Shown: in pieces, positions 57,339 to 64,000 of the stretch
Layout: every line of letters begins with the position of its first letter
Numbering within the stretch: position 1 is the first letter of the stretch
Source of the DNA: Haplodiscus bocki
Lineage: Eukaryota
NCBI GenBank assembly: GCA_965655095.1
Contig: OZ296648.1
Coordinates: 8,494,001-8,558,000 of the forward strand
Length of the DNA stretch: 64,000 nt
Direction: 5' to 3'
Translations under genes and position numbers: made by a program
Notes under the pieces: generated by a model
The model's input: the letters and a program-made list of their open reading frames with translations, nothing else
Told to the model about the DNA's origin: nothing
Databases searched by the model: none

Positions 57339-59000
57339 AACTATTTTCTAAGATACACTTCTCAAAGTTCAGCAATCCAGTTGGTCTTCGCCGAGTTGTG
57401 AGTGCTATTAGGGCTAATATTCCAACTTTCCAAGAAACAATTCAAGTTTAGATATGGACTGTTTACTGCATCATGTCCAAAACCGAGTTACTCTTGCAGA
57501 ACATGAGTTGGGCTCACTTCGCATATACATTTCGTCTTTTTTTATCGCAAGAGCTGACGCCACCTACGGACGAAATACGCAGCCGAGTGAAGCACCAATC
57601 GCTACGATGGAGCTCGCTTCAGGGAGATTTTTCGGATCCGGGAACCTTAAGAACTGAAGAATGTTGCCTCTGGGAATTTTTGGGATCAAGCCACGAGCGT
57701 TCCAACTGAAATGCTCTGAACCTTTAAAAGATAGCTGAATTTACCGGTAGCCGTGGTGAAGACGTGCTGGAACTCAAACGACGTGAACGAAAGATTTTTA
57801 ATGGTTGCGATCGAACAAGCTACACTTGAATTTGTCCAAATGGAATTGCTGGAAGTCCAAAACAGTACCTGGAAAAATTATAGTGGTTTACAATTTTTCA
57901 ACAGAGTATTCACGGAACACGCGACTGTGGCAACTTTTTCTTTGTCCAGAAAATAAACTGCAGTGATGATACGTTTGCGAACATTTAAAACTATCGGGAG
58001 CATTCGACTGACAAAATCAACATAATGAATTCGATACGAACAATGCTGAGCTTCTAACGATATCTTCAGTTACTCGTACTGAGCAACTGCTTTAATTTTT
58101 TTCCGGATGTTGTCTCATCTCAATAATGGCGCGAGTCAGATAAATTGACCTTAGTATTTGCCTCGCTTGAATTTTTATCCTGCATGAATCAATGTGTTGC
58201 AAGATATAATTGTGGTCGTGCAAGGACCAGTGGTGCGCTCTGCAATTCTACTGATAGCGGAAAATTCAGCGTTCACGGTTTTCCAGAGCCTGAGCCTGCT
58301 TTCGCAACTATCTGGAATTAAGACGCAGTTTCAGGAAATAATAAAAGCATGCCTTGTTGACTTTAACATTCCAAGACGCATTGGATCATCCCTAGATAAA
58401 ATGTGTTCCGATATGGTCGCCACTGAAACAGTCAATGAATCTTGTTTGGTTGGCATCTATCAAGTTCAAGAAAAGTGTTGCTGCCCTACAACTTTGTGCA
58501 ATACTTGTGCCAACGACAGAAAAGAGAGAACACTTTTGAGTAAAGATCTTGGATAATCAACTTCACTATGGATGTCCATGCCTTAGTCTAGAAGTTTCGT
58601 CGATTGCGTCCTCTGGATTGGTTGAATATCCAGAATGTCAGATTTTTATTTTTACTTGACAACGCGCAAAAGCAAAAGTCACATCAGGATCAGATCGGAC
58701 GTGTACACTTGCAATAAACTGCCCGTCGTCAAAGTGCATATCAAACTCCGTGTTCCACTTTATCTTTTTGGGACCGAAAAGAGACGATATGCCTCAAGAT
58801 TTTAAAAAGCGGAAGCGGTAGAGGCCCTGTTGAAAGAAGTATGGGAAAACTATTGAAAAGCCCAAAATTATGTTATCCAAGTAAAATGTTTGACATCGCC
58901 CGACCAATCACTTTAAAAGTGAGAAAACTGCGCCCCCTGCTTTCATTTCTTGACTCAAGTGTGCTTCTTGTTGTCTATTTATATGACCCCTGTAACCACC
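57339..59000 (-). pseudogene. Heavily decayed LTR-retrotransposon pol (RT connection/RNase H side)
   Basis: PRSLLKSVLSFLSLAQ (~58550-58500) resembles the Ty3/Gypsy P....lrSFLGL motif. RNase H-like remnants follow, and the domain order is colinear with 35600-36631. Confidence 0.35.
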
Positions 59001-60791
59001 TCAATTCTACTGCACTACTTCTACTGCATTACAGGTTGGGTTGCATCGTCCGAAAACTCCCCGCACAGCATTCAGTCAAAAAAGCATGAGTTAAACTTCA
59101 GTGAATTCAATTGACTTTTACCAAATCGAGTATTCCAAGAAATTGAGCAGCTTGTTGGTTCAAAGTTTAGCTGTGGAAGGCACGGATTATCCTGTCGGTA
59201 ATCTGAAACACAAAATCTTCTTCGCTGCACTTCGTAATGCAGCTCAGAGGTATCTTGCATTTGATCAAAAGTACCTCAAGGGTATTAGATCCAATCGCGT
59301 TCTAAGTTCAAAATCCCGGAGAAGGGACCAGATTGTTTCTGTTGCAATCAGTTTTCAAACCTCATCGCTCCGTTCATAACTGAATCATTTTGATTCAAAC
59401 CAAAGGTATTGCATATAACCTTGTAACATGAACCTCAGCCTCGAGGACTGGATGGTTTGTGTGCTGGCAAAGAATGACACGATTTTTGTGTTGGATATCT
59501 TCACTTGGCGTCGGATATACCTTGGATTTTCTTCATTTCTTGTACGCTTGATATTCAATAATTACAATGCGGTTATTTTTTGGGTAAAATTCTAGAGTTT
59601 GGCTACTGAAGTGTTTGAGATGGCATACATCCTCACAACTATGCGACTATTTTCTTCGCCTTTTTCCAGTTGCTGTCCTCCCCGCGGCGAATTGAAAGAG
59701 GGCAGCATTCCTGTTAGGACATTAAACAAAAAGTTCGAACTTAGAAAAAACACCTGGAACTTCGAACTCCTTATCTAAATAAACTTCAAATAATTCCGAA
59801 TATGTGAGCTCCTTTAAACTTTCGAGTCAAATGGGTGCTAAATTTCAGAGTTTAAGAAGATAGCTTAGTTGATATTATGATTGAGAAAGTAACATCTCTC
59901 TTAAATTCTGCACCATAGATCTGCTGACATGTAACAAATTTGAATGCCTCACATTAAGGTTGACTATTCTTCATCTAGCCTTTTTCTCTCGTCGTGCCTC
60001 AAGCACTGCTGAGTTGAAGTTGTGAAGCAGTCAAACAGCTTGACCTGGCATCCAGAACATATTTTAACAGAAAAAAAAAGAGCTTTATTACCCTCTTTGG
60101 CATGGGAAGACTACAATCATATGAAGATAATGATCACTATACCATGCATTGGCTTTCAAAAATCAACAGCGTCCTGAAAGATCACGTTTGTCATGCTAAT
60201 GTTGTGAATCTGAGACAATGTGGCAAATACTTGTAATAATGTGCAAGTTTCTTAAACATTGTACTGTCAAATGGCGAAATTTAAAAAGACTGGATTGACA
60301 GATCAACTTTTCGAATATAAGACACTGGGCCCGGTTGTTGTCTGATTTCGGTTTTTGGAAAAACCTTTTGATTGACAAGTGATTTAGTAAATCTGCAGAT
60401 GTCAATCACATATCCGATTTTGGTTTCAAATGTCTTTTAGGATCTTTGATCTCAAATGGCAAGTCAGAATGTTGCGAAGTCGGCTTCGTCTCTGTGTTCA
60501 ATATTACCAGCCATTTTTCTTCTAAATTCTTATTTCCATTTTGTATTCTAAATTTGTAGCGCTGAATGGATAGAGTCCTTGATGCCTAAGTTTTGAACTT
60601 CTATTTCAGGTGATGGTAGTCTTTGAAAAGTTAAGCAGTGTGTGACTAAGCCCCATTAAAAGAAGAAGGGGTATTGAATTTTTTCAGTATTTTTTGGGGT
60701 GGGGTGTTTATTTATTCTGCAGATCAATTTTTTTCCTGGCCTTCATTAACTGACTAAAAGCATGCTTAACTGACCCTGCAATTTTCTACAG

Positions 60792-61036
60792 GTGTTGTAT
60801 GGTGATATAGAGGAAGCGATATGTCAACATGCCCTGCATTTCGCTATTTGGCAGAAATACTCGGCTCTTCCCGAGAGATTCAACCTCGTCAGCCAAACAA
60901 GTGAGCTGCATTTCTATCCTCTACGGCCCGAGCTCGCAGAGTCCACCTACCTGCTGTACCGAGCCACCAAGAGCCCCTTCTATCTACACGTGGGACGCAT
61001 CATGGCACAAGATATCAACAAGTATACCAGGACGAG
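60792..61036 (+). CDS. EDEM1: EDEM1-like exon (first after the 28.8-kb intron); gene continues beyond the window
   Basis: [13 protein letters not shown]...LPERFN...[24 protein letters not shown]. Joins the 31955 exon in phase 0 (PGIL|VLYGD). Confidence 0.93.
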
Positions 61037-64000
61037 GTTACTTACTAACTTCACAATCACGTTACTCGATTAAAGAGTTAGCGATAGTAATGGCCAGCAA
61101 TGTTATGTTTAACTTCTTTTTCAGTTGACATCGTTTTTGTAAGAATTTGATGACAATAATGATTCCCGGCCCCTTTTAAACACTGGTGATGCATAAGTCT
61201 CCCTATTTACTTATTTCTTCCAATTTTCTCAAATTTCCGATGAGTTATTACTTGTCATATACTTATTCTTCTACCTCAAAAGTCTCACAAATCCTTTTTT
61301 TTTTGAAAATCGATTCTTGGAAAAGTTTTTTTGTTTCCAACTAAGGTTTTTCTGAGAGCTGGCAATATATAGAAGAGCTTAATGGGACCTGAGTTTCGCC
61401 CTTCGTTTTCTTTGTCCTCATATGCTGGTCCAAAAGTGATTTAAAAAATCTTGAAATGCTGACTTTGGTCGATTTTAAAGATGTTTTTTCTCAGTTCTGA
61501 ATTTTATGTTTTGTTTTCAAGAAATGACGGTCCAAACATTGCTAAAAATGCATATGATGTCAATTGTAGTCAGTTTTCCGAACGCTGGTTTTCTGAAACT
61601 ACGCACTAAATTCTTTTCTCTTGGACCTAATCTATATCTCTTTCAGGTAAATTTGGTGAATTGGAACTGTTTTCGAGATTGTATTTCAATCTAGGAAAAT
61701 CACAATCCAAACATTTTTTCGAAAGCCTAATATGTCGATTTTAATCTGGCTTTTTTCAAAATGGTTTCTATGCCAAACTACCCATCCAACTTCTCTCATT
61801 AGGAGCATAATCCGTTTTACAGGTTTTTCATTTTCTCTCATAATGATGATTCAAACACTGCATCTAAGGCATAGGATGTCGATTTTTGCCATTCTTGCAA
61901 ATGGGTTTTGTTTTAAACTACGCGCGCAATTTTTCTTATCTTTGATATTTGGAAATCATATTCCAGGTAGATTGATTTACATGTAGCACGTCTTGAGAGT
62001 TTGTTTGTTTTCTAGAAATGATGGTCCGATTTTCTGGCAATGATACTCCTTACCTTACTTTAGAAACATATGATGTCGTATTCAGTCATTTTCCGCGATA
62101 ATTTATGATGTCAATTGCCAATTGATTTTCTTAATTCAGGGCTCAATCAGGAGATTTCTATTTTGGCTCGTGTAATTCAGGCACTTCTGCGATTATTGGT
62201 TTCATTTTCTCGAAATTCTGGTCCAAATATTTTCCAAAATTTGTCCTAAACGACCCTTTCATATTTTTGTTGGGGCTTCATCAAAAGCAGTGTATATGTA
62301 GATTGTTTTAACCGATGCCAATTTTCCAGTTCGTTCCAGGTCTCATTGAATTGTTTAATTGAATTGGTTTGTCAGTCAGAATATTTATTCTCATCGATAG
62401 TTTAACGATATCGAACATTAGTTGAAACTCTGACTAGGAAATAATTGTTTTGTAAAGAGAATAGCTCGCCAAGAGCATTTTGCCTCTTGTTGAAAATTCT
62501 TTTTAACAAAGACTATGGTTGGATTGCGACCATCGAGTGCTTCTTCGAAAATCGCGATGTGGAGTATCTGAGGAGCCGATATGTCTCGTTTCAATCGTTT
62601 CATTTTCTAGACATGAATTATTTTGAATTGTTGCTTGAGATTCGATTTTTTTTGCTGGCGTCTTTTTAATATCGATGTCAGAAGATAAATATAGTGACTA
62701 CGTCGACCTTTTTTTTCAGCTTCTATGTCCTTGATTCTTCTGACTGGCCTGATGATTTCAACCTGTTGCTATATATTATGCTGTAATAGCGTATCAGAAC
62801 GATAACCACTTTCAACTTGAAAAGCGCGAGGAACGTGTTTTAAACCATACGAAGTGGCTATTTTGTAAATTTTTCAGTACTTGCTAGCAAAATTGAACCA
62901 AAGTCGACAGTTTTGGTTTTTTCGTCCTCATTTTTGCTACATTCGCGTTAAAGTCCATTTTTTCCGTACATATAGACCAAGTTATTGCCACCGTACCATT
63001 TTGATTTTTCCGGAGAGAACTTCAAGTTTGTGTATTTTTGGTCACGATAATTGTCATATCTCTCACTTTTGCTAATTTTCGGCCCTTTCGCTCCTTAGCC
63101 TTGGACCTCAATATCAATCTACACTACACAACTAGCATAAATCAATTCAGAATGTTAAATATGGGAATCTTTTCCAACCTTTTTTGAAATTTTTGTCCAA
63201 AAGCGTCTTAAGTGTTATGTAAATTAGCCAAAATCAGCCAATTTTTTGATTTTCGCAGAATTTTCGCTCTTCGCAATTCTTAACAAATTTCTAAGTATCA
63301 GTTAAAACTGATACGATACAGGAGCGGAAATCTCAAAGCGTGCTATCAATTCTCCTGAAAATGAATCATCTATGAGGTTCTCAGATGTCTTAAAGTACAA
63401 AAAAATCTTCATTTTCAACTTTGTGAATTTTCCGGTCTTTTGTTTTCTAATTCGGCTTTCTAGCAAAAAGTGCAATGAAAGCCGATGCTGGAGAACATAC
63501 TGGGTAAGTTTCCCTTGAAAACGACTGTTTTGTAAGAAGTAGATCATTTATACTGTTTTCGAGTCTGCGAAAGTAGCTCAATGCGAGGTTTTCCTGAAGC
63601 TTTTGCTCCGCCTTCCTACTTACCGTTGTGACTAAGCATCCACCTGATTTAGCTACAAGGTGTTAAGTTTCAAGGAACTTTGCTTCTTTGTGACAAATGT
63701 GTCGGAAATGGAACTTTCAGTGCTTTATAGTCAGCCAGAGAACTGCTCAAATCATCGACTATTCTCTGAAATTTTCTTTTGCCTACCAAGTCAATTTTCA
63801 GCTAAAAATCTACCATCAAGCAATGAAATTGAATGAAGTGTAGGAAGTTTGAGATTTCTCGAAATCAAATATTATGAAATAACAAAGTAGATTGCCGAGG
63901 GGCCCAGTTTTATTTCGCCTTTGCTGAGCATACTTTCGTAACCCAGCATGCAAACCCTGCTGAGTTGTAGAGCAAAATCCTGTTAGAAAAACGTTGAAAA

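Noticed and set aside
33540-60460. Diverged direct repeats at ~33540-34190 and ~59740-60460 as LTRs of the Gypsy relic
   Set aside because: The shared blocks are in different order, strongly diverged and lack TG...CA ends or a TSD; more likely a dispersed repeat family.
61100-64000. Short ORFs after the last EDEM exon
   Set aside because: No GH47 continuation or other motif recognised; treated as intronic repeat-derived sequence.

Overview
Eukaryotic, animal-like genomic DNA rich in transposable elements. The one host gene is a + strand, multi-exon EDEM1-like GH47 alpha-mannosidase (recognisable exons from about 19968 to 61036, continuing past the window). Its 28.8-kb intron (31956-60791) holds the main finding: a 20,695-bp AT-rich element (36638-57332) flanked by a 6-bp target-site duplication (GCAGTG) that is almost entirely one giant palindrome. 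Two ~8.85-kb arms surround a 107-nt imperfect-hairpin centre bracketed by inverted ~30-bp tandem arrays, and the left arm also carries an internal 2.9-kb tandem duplication. Each arm encodes a protein-primed family B DNA polymerase (intact, 1194 aa, in the right arm; frameshifted in the left) and about nine small intronless genes (zinc fingers, HTH, acidic, membrane-anchored). I see no integrase, capsid, packaging ATPase or adenain protease. The termini are AATAATATAC...GTATATTATT and most genes start at TAAATG/TAAAATG. I interpret it as a possibly undescribed fold-back ('clothespin'), self-replicating but non-autonomously integrating Polinton/Maverick relative. The rest of the window holds a CR1/L2-type LINE with an in-frame UGA-CUA ORF1/ORF2 junction and an extra esterase-like ORF, decayed canonical Polinton genes (capsid, protease, two pPolB relics), a MULE transposase pseudogene and a MULE-like MITE, Helentron-like short repeats, tRNA-like SINEs and a decayed LTR retrotransposon that the palindrome appears to interrupt. 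All family assignments come from motif recognition by eye; no searches were run.
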